Assembly: GCA_965218795.1 (NCBI GenBank)
Contig: OZ244653.1
Location: 352,001 to 416,000, forward strand
Direction of reading: 5' to 3'
Length of the DNA: 64,000 nucleotides
Source: a bacterium
GTDB lineage: Bacteria; UBA8248; JACPRG01; G963555815
The position numbers and the translations under genes are program-made. The stretch's first letter is position 1; every line of letters starts with the position of its first letter. The notes below the pieces were generated by a model. It made no database searches. It had not been told where the DNA came from and saw nothing but the letters and a program-made list of their open reading frames with translations. Below are positions 30,076-37,875 of the stretch, one piece after another.

Positions 30076-30786
30076 TTATAGGGAGCCCTTGAGGGCGCCG
30101 TTGCCGGCCGAGTCGAGTATCGATAGGAATGCGGCCGAATCGCTCAGGTCATCGAAGAGGAAATCCGGTTCCGTCGCGCGCAGGGTCTCGGCATCGGCCC
30201 CTCCGGTGGCCACCGCTATGGTTTTTAGGCCGGCGGTCTTGCCGGCCTCGACGTCCCGGGGCGTATCTCCGATGAGCCAAATGGACGGCCTGGCTCCGTC
30301 GGGCAACAGGGCCATGCCGCGCCCCACCGCGGCTTGAACGATGTCCGAGCGTTCGACGGCGTCCGAGCCGAAACCGCCGAATGGGAATCGGTGATTCAGC
30401 TTGGCGCGCCCGAGTTTGGCCCGGGCGCCCTTTTCAATGTTGCCGGTGGCCAGCCCGACGAACGTATTCTTCCGAACCGAGAGCCGAGCAAGCAGACGGC
30501 CGACCCCCGGCAGCACCCGGAACCGGTCGGCTTCCTGCAGGGTGCCGCGAAGCTCCAGGAGGTAGAGACCATAAAACCTGGCCAGCTCAGCGGGCGTCGG
30601 AGGGATCTCCCTCTGCTTCCGGTACACCGTCTCCACGATGTCGGGGTCCGTCTTTCCGTGCAGAGAGACCCCGTTGAGGGAGTCTTCCCATGAATACGCC
30701 TTGGCGAAAGCGCGGTTCAGGGCCTCCCGGCCCGCACCGCCCGAATCGATCAGTGTGCCGTCGATGTCGAACAGGACGATTTGCAT
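30076..30786 (-). CDS. HAD family hydrolase
   Basis: LFDIDGTL, TGN and IGDTPRD motifs; alternative ATG at 30798. Confidence 0.88.
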   Translation of the reverse strand: MQIVLFDIDGTLIDSGGAGREALNRAFAKAYSWEDSLNGVSLHGKTDPDIVETVYRKQREIPPTPAELARFYGLYLLELRGTLQEADRFRVLPGVGRLLARLSVRKNTFVGLATGNIEKGARAKLGRAKLNHRFPFGGFGSDAVERSDIVQAAVGRGMALLPDGARPSIWLIGDTPRDVEAGKTAGLKTIAVATGGADAETLRATEPDFLFDDLSDSAAFLSILDSAGNGALKGSL

Positions 30787-30817
30787 GGAATGGGGCATCT
30801 CGGCGGGGACTCTTCTG

Positions 30818-31783
30818 TCAGGGATCGAAAGGCGCGCCTTTTCCGAGGGAAACCGCAGATTCGTAAATGCAACGGCCGACAGCGACATCTTCCAAGGCCA
30901 TCCCCTGGGAACAGAAAAGGGTGATCTCATCATCGGATTCCCGGCCGGGCCTCTTGCCCGCGACGATTTCGCCCAAGTCCTCGACCTCTTCCCAGGAGAG
31001 CGCACCTTCCTCTACGGGGATGATGAGATCGCCGGCCTCGAGCCGGGCCACCTGCAGGGTGTCCACCGTCTTGCGGCTGCACCTCAGAACCGAGGCCGTG
31101 TCCATCTCGCGGCGGTTGTTCCAGTTGGACCCGACCGCATTGATGTGGGTTCCCGGCCGGATCCAGTCCGCCAGCACGACGGGATCCTTCGCCCGGGTCG
31201 CCGTGACGATGATGTCGGCGTCCCGTACACAGGCCTCCGCCGACGGTGCGGGCTCGACGGGAATCCCAAGGCTCGCTTCCATTTCCCGGCAGAAGGTCCG
31301 GCAGCGTCCTTCGTCACGCCCGAAGGCCAGGACCCGCTCAATCGGACGGACCTCTTTCAAGGCCGAGAGTTGGCCCCGCGCCTGCCACCCCGTGCCAATC
31401 ATACCGACATGACGGGAGTCTTTCCGCGCCAGGTAGCGGCTGGCCACGCCGCTGGCTGCACCGGTCCGCAACTGTCCCAGCTTGTTAGCCTGCATCACGG
31501 CCAGGGGAGAGCCGTCGTCATCGTAAAGGAGCACCGTGAAACGGACGCCTCCTTTCGAAGAGGTATACACCTTGACTCCCGTTGCTCCTCCCCCGAGTTT
31601 TCCCAGGTCAGCGGAGCCCGCGGCCATGAAGTGCAGGACGGATTCTCCTCCCATCACTCGTCTTCTGGGCTGGTTTTGGGCCATCCCCTCGCCAAACAGG
31701 CGGAAGCATTCCTCGACCGCCTCGACGGCCGTCTTCATATCGAGCAACTCAGTCACATCGGCTTCGGACAGGTATATAGCCAT
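30818..31783 (-). CDS. Ornithine cyclodeaminase/mu-crystallin family protein
   Basis: LRTGAASGVA, IGTGWQA, GTHINAVG, SQGMALEDVA. Confidence 0.92.
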   Translation of the reverse strand: MAIYLSEADVTELLDMKTAVEAVEECFRLFGEGMAQNQPRRRVMGGESVLHFMAAGSADLGKLGGGATGVKVYTSSKGGVRFTVLLYDDDGSPLAVMQANKLGQLRTGAASGVASRYLARKDSRHVGMIGTGWQARGQLSALKEVRPIERVLAFGRDEGRCRTFCREMEASLGIPVEPAPSAEACVRDADIIVTATRAKDPVVLADWIRPGTHINAVGSNWNNRREMDTASVLRCSRKTVDTLQVARLEAGDLIIPVEEGALSWEEVEDLGEIVAGKRPGRESDDEITLFCSQGMALEDVAVGRCIYESAVSLGKGAPFDP

Positions 31784-31811
31784 GAGAGAGCTCGGCTGAT
31801 CTTATCGAGGC

Positions 31812-31846
31812 AAAAAAGAAGCCGGGAACCCACTGCCTTCCCCGGC
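31812..31846 (-). terminator. Intrinsic terminator after tRNA-Gly/tRNA-Cys
   Basis: Minus strand GCCGGGGAA...TTCCCGGC followed by TTCTTTTTT. Confidence 0.75.
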
Positions 31847-31859
31847 CATTTCGGAACAC

Positions 31860-31933
31860 TGGAGGCGGCACCCGGATTCGAACCGGGGATCAAGGCTTTG
31901 CAGGCCTCTGCCTTACCACTTGGCTATGCCGCC
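31860..31933 (-). tRNA. tRNA-Cys(GCA)
   Basis: GGCGGCATAGCCAAGTGGTAAGGCAGAGGCCT-GCA-AAGCCTTGATCCCCGGTTCGAATCCGGGTGCCGCCTCCA: full cloverleaf, U73, encoded CCA. Confidence 0.97.
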
Positions 31934-31986
31934 CCTACGAATTTTTGACTTCCCAGGGCATCTGCTCCACGGGAAGCGTATTTCAA

Positions 31987-32061
31987 TGGAGCGGGAAACG
32001 GGATTTGAACCCGCGACCCTCGCCTTGGCAAGGCGATGCTCTACCTCTGAGCTATTCCCGC
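31987..32061 (-). tRNA. tRNA-Gly(GCC)
   Basis: GCGGGAATAGCTCAGAGGTAGAGCATCGCCTT-GCC-AAGGCGAGGGTCGCGGGTTCAAATCCCGTTTCCCGCTCCA. Confidence 0.97.
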
Positions 32062-32107
32062 CCGGTTCAATCAGAGAAACGATCGGCCTCCTGCCGACTG
32101 TTTTCAC

Positions 32108-32136
32108 AAGGTAGTGTAACCACTTCACTCTGTCAA
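32108..32136 (-). promoter_or_regulatory. Sigma70 promoter for tRNA-Gly-Cys operon
   Basis: Minus strand TTGACA-N17-TACCTT about 45 nt upstream of tRNA-Gly. Confidence 0.6.
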
Positions 32137-32442
32137 TAGCCGAGAGGATTTCAAAAAATATCTTCATGAATCCCCAACAGAAAGATAGAGCGGGACACCT
32201 CCTAGCGTCCACGGTGAAACTCGGAAAAATCTGGATTTCAGAGAAGAAAGCCAAATAATGCGGAATTATACACTTGATCCAGCCGGCCACTACATGTGGG
32301 AAACCGGCCCTCGAATCCCCCGACCACAAGATGTAGCGGTTGACAAGCCAGCCCTCCCCGGCCGAAACTGAAGCCTCCTTTTTCACAATCGAATGGGTCA
32401 TGAAGAGCCTTCAGGGAAAGCTCTCTTTCGGGGCAGGAGTGC

Positions 32443-32643
32443 ATGGCACTGGATGAGCTTCTCCATTACCTGGATTCGGAAGTATGGGGTAATGAAGTAT
32501 GGGCCATTGGGGTTATCATCGTCTCAATCTGGTTGTTCAAAGTGGCCGTGAAAGGAGAATGCGAGAAAGGGGACAGGATCCTGTTATTCTTCGGCGCTCT
32601 CACGATACTGGTTGGAGCCCTTTGGATATTTTCTTGGGATTGA
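32443..32643 (+). CDS. Small hypothetical membrane protein (66 aa, 2 TM)
   Basis: AGGAG RBS; two hydrophobic stretches (VWAIGVIIVSIWLFKVAV; ILLFFGALTILVGALWIFSW). Confidence 0.55.
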   Translation: MALDELLHYLDSEVWGNEVWAIGVIIVSIWLFKVAVKGECEKGDRILLFFGALTILVGALWIFSWD

Positions 32644-32651
32644 AAGTTTGA

Positions 32652-32730
32652 TGGAGCCGGGGGCGGGATTTGAACCCGCGACTCACCGGTTAGCAGTCGG
32701 CGCCCTTAAGCTAGGCTTGGGTACCCCGGC
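32652..32730 (-). tRNA. Non-canonical tRNA or pseudo-tRNA: anticodon GCT (Ser), short variable loop, U73
   Basis: GCCGGGG TA CCC AAGCCTAGCTTAA GGG C GCCGA CT-GCT-AA CCGGT GAGTC GCGGG TTCAAAT CCCGC CCCCGGC T CCA. Acceptor stem 7/7, T-stem 5/5, encoded CCA; D-loop lacks GG; A31-C39 mismatch. Confidence 0.75.
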
Positions 32731-32765
32731 TCCGTCAATTATTTTGGACAAAACCTCAGAAAATC

Positions 32766-32794
32766 TTGACATTGGAACTGATTCAGATTAAGGT
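32766..32794 (+). promoter_or_regulatory. Sigma70 promoter driving candidate sRNA
   Basis: TTGACA(32766-32771)-N17-TAAGGT(32789-32794). Confidence 0.55.
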
Positions 32795-32800
32795 GGGATT

Positions 32801-32882
32801 GGTTTTGACGATCTCACCCTGCCTAAATCATTTTGAGTATGACACCCGCCTGGAGTTCCTGCTCCGGGCGTTGGTGTTTTTG
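32801..32882 (+). ncRNA. Candidate ~80-nt small RNA
   Basis: Bounded by the upstream promoter and a terminator-like hairpin ACACC-CGCCTGGAG-ttcctg-CTCCGGGCG-tt-GGTGT-TTTT; no convincing ORF inside. Confidence 0.4.
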
Positions 32883-32911
32883 AGAAAGAACACCATATCC
32901 AAGTGAAAATC

Positions 32912-32941
32912 ATTATAATTCAACGACATGTTGTGGGTCAA
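32912..32941 (-). promoter_or_regulatory. Sigma70 promoter pointing toward the non-canonical tRNA
   Basis: Minus strand TTGACC(32941-32936)-N18-TATAAT(32917-32912). Confidence 0.55.
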
Positions 32942-33135
32942 GGGATCTTGAGATTGGCTACTCGAGATGCGGAGGCAGGGATTGATATTCAGATTTTGGA
33001 TCTTTGATTTTGGATCTGGCAGGAAGCCCTCTACATCTTGTGGTCAGCCGGTCGGAGCTCGGGGTCTACATATAGTGGCTTACTGCGTCAAGGGTATAAT
33101 AGCCGTTCTTTGACTGTATCGACGGCTGTCCCTGT

Positions 33136-33295
33136 GGTATCGACAATCCAGGAAGTAGAGAAGGTTCACATCCAGCGGGTCCTCAGCCATACCGAGTGGC
33201 AGATTTCCAAGGCCGCCAGGATACTGGGCATCGATCGAAGGACGCTCTATCGAAAAATGGATAGCTACGAGATTCCCAATCTCAAGTCACGCTAG
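33136..33295 (+). pseudogene. Remnant C-terminal Fis-type HTH of an NtrC-family sigma54 activator
   Basis: TIQEVEKVHIQRVLSHTEWQISKAARILGIDRRTLYRKM is HTH_8-like; no AAA+ (GAFTGA) or receiver domain upstream. Confidence 0.75.
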
Positions 33296-33614
33296 AGAGA
33301 TCGTTCAGATTCCGAGCCATTACAGGACATCATCGCTCTTCATTTCCATCCAACAACCTCTGCAAAAATGTCACATATTTACAAAATCGCCACAGTTTTC
33401 CTGCATAGATTGGCTAACCCACCACATCGTTTACGAGCCTGAATTAGAAGACCATAAAAGATACATCAAATTAACTGATTGAATTTAAAATGGTTATTTA
33501 ATTTTCGTCTGAGGTCTTTCCAACCTTTTCCCGAATTTTCGGCCCGAACCGAACAGGCACCTTTCTTACAATTCCATTTGGGTGAGTCGCCCAAGAGGTT
33601 TGCGTTCAGAGGGG

Positions 33615-34371
33615 GTGAGAAGAATAATTGACTGCGAAAACTGTGCATACCTATCCGGAAGCCCGCTCAGCATCTTATCGCGCTCACAATTGGAACAAGC
33701 CACCAGGAGCTTCCGCACGCGACAGGCTGAGGGGGGGAAGTCGTCTTCCTGCAAGATGAGTCGGTGGAGGATTTCTACTTTCTGTGTTCCGGCACGGTCA
33801 AGCTTCTTCGGGAGTCTTCCGAGGGTAAACAGACCATCGTCGACATCCTCGGGCCTTGCGATTGGTTCGGGGAGTTTTCGTTTGCCGAGGGCGCCACCCA
33901 CTCGGTGACCGCCGAGGTCGTCGCCTCCGCCAAAATCAATGCCGTCAGTCAGAGGGAATTAGCGGCGGTCCTGCGGGATGAGCCCAATCTTCTCTTCGAA
34001 ATGGTCGGGCGCCTCAACATCTCCTTGCGTGAGTCCCGCGCTCGGAATGCCGAATTCGCGCACCTCCCCGTACGGCTCAGGGCGTTGCATCTGCTGACCT
34101 CCCTGTTCGACCGGCACGGGAAGCATGTCAACGGACATTGGGAGCTTGGCGTTCCGCTGGCAAGGACGGAATCGCCGACATGCTCGGAACGACGCCAGAG
34201 ACCGCCATCCGTACCCTTGGAAGACTTCAGCGCGAGGGCCTCATCCAGTTGGGACGGCGAAGTATCGCCGTGGTCGATATGGTAGCGCTCAAGGAGCTCT
34301 CCGAACAGGAGAGTCTCGGCATTTTCGATGGTAAGGATAGTGTCCGGAATGAGGGGGTGAACGGGGAATGA
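33615..34371 (+). pseudogene. Crp/Fnr family regulator split by two frameshifts
   Basis: Three frames join into one protein: CENC N-terminus; cNMP domain (FYFLCSGTVKL..GKQTIVDILGPCDWFGE); HTH (IADMLGTTPETAIRTLGRLQREGLI). Frame shifts at about 33737 and 34170. Confidence 0.8.
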
Positions 34372-34919
34372 CCAAGAGGGTTCTTGTAGCGGCGGACGGT
34401 TCGGAAGAAGGGAGACGGGCGCTGATTTTCGCCCGGGATTACGCCGAACAGACTTCTTCGGAAATTGTCGCCGTGACCGTGGTGGACAACAAAAAGATTC
34501 TGACGCCCACGGATTTCTCCGCATACATCGGACGAAGGCCGTCGGTATGTGGACTTTTTGGCTGAGAATTACGGCTCCCAAGTGCTGGTTCTTCACATCC
34601 TGACAAAGCAGGAGATGGAAACGAAGGGAAAACGGCCTCCCCCGTCGGGCTATGTGGATGAGATCTTCAAGGAGGCCGAAAAGGAGTCTCTGGACCACTA
34701 CCGTAAAACGGTGGGCGGAGGACGAAACGGTTCGAAGGTCAAAACGGCCGCGGCAGCGAGCGTCCCGTTCATGGAGATCATCCGCAAGGCCCGCGGGAGG
34801 AGGACTGCGCTCTGATCGTCATGAGCGCTCACGGACGGACGTGGCTGAACCATGTGATGGGCGGCGGCGTGGCGGAGAAAGTCGTGCGGATGGCCGCTTG
34901 TCCGATTTTCGTGAGCTAA
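34368..34919 (+). pseudogene. Degraded universal stress protein gene(s)
   Basis: KRVLVAADGS, then a second USP start KKILTPTDFS, then EIIRKAR and LIVMSAHGRT..GGVAEKVVRMAACPIFV, spread over three frames. Confidence 0.75.
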
Positions 34920-34930
34920 GGAGAAGCGAA

Positions 34931-35353
34931 ATGTACAAGAAAATTCTCGTAACTCTCGACGGTTCGCAGACGGCGGAACAGATTCTGCCGCACATCCAGG
35001 CATTGTCCAACGGCGGCGGCGAGGTGCACCTGCTGCGGGTTGCGATGGCGCACACGCTACCGGTCGTGGACCTGACCGAGGCCCAGGTGGAGGTCGTCAA
35101 AGAAGCCGAGGAATACCTCAAGGGGGTGGAAGACGGCCTGAAACAAAAAGGGGTCAAGGTGGAGTCCCACATCCGTTACGGTCACCCGGCCGAGGAGATT
35201 CTGGACCATACCGAGCATCGAGATTTCGGTCTCATTGCCATGACGACTCACGGACGCTCGGGTGTCGGCCGGTGGCTGATGGGTAGTATGGCGGAAAAGG
35301 TTGTGCGCAGCTGCCCGATCCCGGTCTTGGTCGTTCGGTCCAGCAAGAATTGA
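34931..35353 (+). CDS. Universal stress protein (UspA family)
   Basis: MYKKILVTLDGS...GHPAEEIL...LIAMTTHGRSG..WLMGSMAEKVVRSCPIPVLVVR; AAGGAG RBS. Confidence 0.92.
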   Translation: MYKKILVTLDGSQTAEQILPHIQALSNGGGEVHLLRVAMAHTLPVVDLTEAQVEVVKEAEEYLKGVEDGLKQKGVKVESHIRYGHPAEEILDHTEHRDFGLIAMTTHGRSGVGRWLMGSMAEKVVRSCPIPVLVVRSSKN

Positions 35354-36402
35354 CGAGTGGATTCCGGACCCCAGTCCGGGCGGGCCCCTGTTGTAGCGGA
35401 ATCATGAGGTGCAATAGACGGGGGATTGGGGCCGAAAGTTGTTGAGTCCCTCCAGGAATTCGGGCCGGCGGGCGATTCGATCAATTGGATCGCCCGTGTG
35501 GGACCGTTGTCGTTGGCTGTTGGCTGTTGGCTGGATGGGGGATCCCCTGGGAAGTCGATCCGCTGATTGGGAGACGGCGTCGAGAAGAACAGCGCCCGAC
35601 GGATGAAGAGAACCAGTATCGTGAAATGAAGCCGGGAAAGGAGATCATCTGTTCCGAATCTCCTCCCGGCTTCGGCGCGTTTGGGTTTCGAACCAAGGGA
35701 TCCTGCTCAGAAAAGGGTTTCAATGAAAATTCTGGCCGATAACCAACGTTTTCTCCGGACAGTTTCAATTTTGCAGTAAAGTTGTTACGAGTGTATGCGT
35801 TGTTCGAGGTTACGGGCGATACCATCATTCCGAGGGGACAGTTAGGGAATGACCTTTGGGAGCCGGGCACCTCAACGTCGGCCGGTACACGCAGATACAC
35901 TCCATGAATCGGTCCATATAGGACTCGATCCCAGGATGATTGCTCCCCGATCAACTCTCGTTTTCCTGATTTGCGGGGCATTTTTGATGGGACCTGTTTT
36001 GGTGTACACCCAATGGATTTCCAGGCTGTCCATCGCGGATGCTGTAAAGGACGAACTCCGTCAGGTAGCGATTGCCCTCGGGAGCGAGGTATGCCTCTTT
36101 CTGAAGAAAGAAATCGAGAAGGTTCCGATTTTGTGGGAGTCGTTAGGATTCGGGCCTTCTCCAAGGAGAAGGCCTACGGTTACGGAGCGCGGAAACCCAC
36201 AGAAATCATTGAACTCCTCAAGCGCGAAACGAACAGGACCCCCGAATGACCGATAATTCGCCTTTCGTTCTACAGATACAGACAGCCGATTCGGTTAGAA
36301 ACTCGAGTGCCGTGCCCTAAATAGCTCCGTACAGAGAGTGCGATCATATACCCGTAAACCCGGTCTCCAGAATCGGGATATTCCGACAAGGCTTTGTTCG
36401 CC

Positions 36403-37848
36403 ATGAAAATTCTCATCCTCGCCTCTGAAATGGCCCCTTTCGCCAAGACCGGTGGTTTGGGAGACGCGGTCGGGGGCCTGGCGCGGAGTCTGGCCGGGTT
36501 CGGCGAGGAGGTTCGAGTTGTCCTCCCGCTCTACACTCCGGTTCGAGAGGGGATACCCGAGCCCACCGTCTTGACGGAATCCTACCGGCTTCCCTTCTCC
36601 AAAAGACAGGATACGGTGGGGATTGGGGAATGGATTTCACCGGAGGGCCTGAGCGTCCATTTGATTCTGAACGATCGCCATTTTGGCCGAGAAGGTCTCT
36701 ATGGAACCGCCGACGGTGATTATCCCGACAACGCCGAGCGCTTTTCGGGCTTTACCGTGGCGGGACTGGAAGTCTGCAAGTTCTTGGATTGGAGCCCGGA
36801 TATTGTTCACGTGCATGACTGGCAGACCGCTTTGGCCCCCGCCTATCTGAGAAGCCGATACGCGAACGATCCAATCCTGGGCAAGGCGAAGTCGGTGTTA
36901 ACCATTCACAACCTGGCCTACCAGGGGCGGTTTCCCAAAAAGGCATACGGTCTGTTGGAGCTCCCGGAGGATGATGACTCCATCGATCAGATGGAGTTCT
37001 TCGGGGATGTGAGCTTTCTCAAAGGAGGGATCGTTTTTGCGGATCTCATAACGACCGTCAGCGAACGATACGCCGCCGAAATTCAAACGGAAGAGTACGG
37101 GTGCGGTCTCGACGGACTTCTTCGCCACATGGGCGGGAAGCTGAAAGGAATCCTGAACGGGGCCGATTACCAGGAGTGGGATCCGCGCTGGGATCCCTAT
37201 TTGCCGTATCGTTACGACAGCGACCATTTGGACAACAAGAGGAAGGCGCGGGCCTTCCTGGTGGACGAATGCGGTTTCTCCGAAACATCGGCTCCCATCA
37301 TCGGAATGGTCACTCGCCTGTCAGAGCAAAAAGGGATCGACCTGATCGCCCGATCGATCGACCGGCTCATGGCGATGAACCTTTCCCTGGTGGTCTTGGG
37401 GGCTGGTGATCGGCGATATGAAGAAATGCTTCAGGGGGTGGCGCGGCGCTTTCCGGGAAGAGTGTCCGTCTTTACCTGGTTCGACAACACCCTCGCCCAC
37501 CGGATCGAGGCAGGGGCCGATATGTTCCTCATGCCCTCGCGGTATGAACCCTGCGGCCTCAGCCAGATATACAGTCTGCGCTATGGGACCGTGCCCATCG
37601 TACGCGCAACGGGAGGGCTGGATGATACGATCCAGCCGTTTGATGCGACGACGGAACAGGGCAACGGGTTCAAGTTCAAGGAATATGCGCCCGAGTCCAT
37701 GTTGGCGGCCGTTCGTCAGGCTTTGGGCGTCTTTGCTCAGCAGCCCGTATGGGAACGCCTGATGAAGAACGGCATGTCAGCCTCTTTCAGGTGGGAGTTC
37801 TCCACCCGGAAATACCTGGACCTGTATCGCGAGCTTTGCCCCGGTTGA
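36403..37848 (+). CDS. glgA: Glycogen synthase
   Basis: KTGGLGD, HVHDWQT, TIHNLAYQG, GILNG, MPSRYEPCGLSQ, RATGGL. Confidence 0.96.
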   Translation: MKILILASEMAPFAKTGGLGDAVGGLARSLAGFGEEVRVVLPLYTPVREGIPEPTVLTESYRLPFSKRQDTVGIGEWISPEGLSVHLILNDRHFGREGLYGTADGDYPDNAERFSGFTVAGLEVCKFLDWSPDIVHVHDWQTALAPAYLRSRYANDPILGKAKSVLTIHNLAYQGRFPKKAYGLLELPEDDDSIDQMEFFGDVSFLKGGIVFADLITTVSERYAAEIQTEEYGCGLDGLLRHMGGKLKGILNGADYQEWDPRWDPYLPYRYDSDHLDNKRKARAFLVDECGFSETSAPIIGMVTRLSEQKGIDLIARSIDRLMAMNLSLVVLGAGDRRYEEMLQGVARRFPGRVSVFTWFDNTLAHRIEAGADMFLMPSRYEPCGLSQIYSLRYGTVPIVRATGGLDDTIQPFDATTEQGNGFKFKEYAPESMLAAVRQALGVFAQQPVWERLMKNGMSASFRWEFSTRKYLDLYRELCPG

Positions 37849-37875
37849 CGGGGGGATGGGAGGACAACCTGCGTC

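Noticed and set aside
31913-32401. ORFs overlapping the tRNA genes
   Set aside because: Translations of tRNA and promoter sequence.
31987-32690. Shared GTCGCGGGTTCAAATCCCG between tRNA-Gly and the odd tRNA as possible attL/attR
   Set aside because: Identity is limited to the conserved T-arm, the acceptor strands differ and pair with their own 5' ends, and no integrase is present.
32991-33017. Heptamer-like GATTTTG/GATCTTT repeats
   Set aside because: Too short and degenerate to assign a function.
35400-35742. Possible remnant of a small zinc-ribbon protein (MRC..., W..EVDPLI)
   Set aside because: Similarity too weak and interrupted to support without a search.
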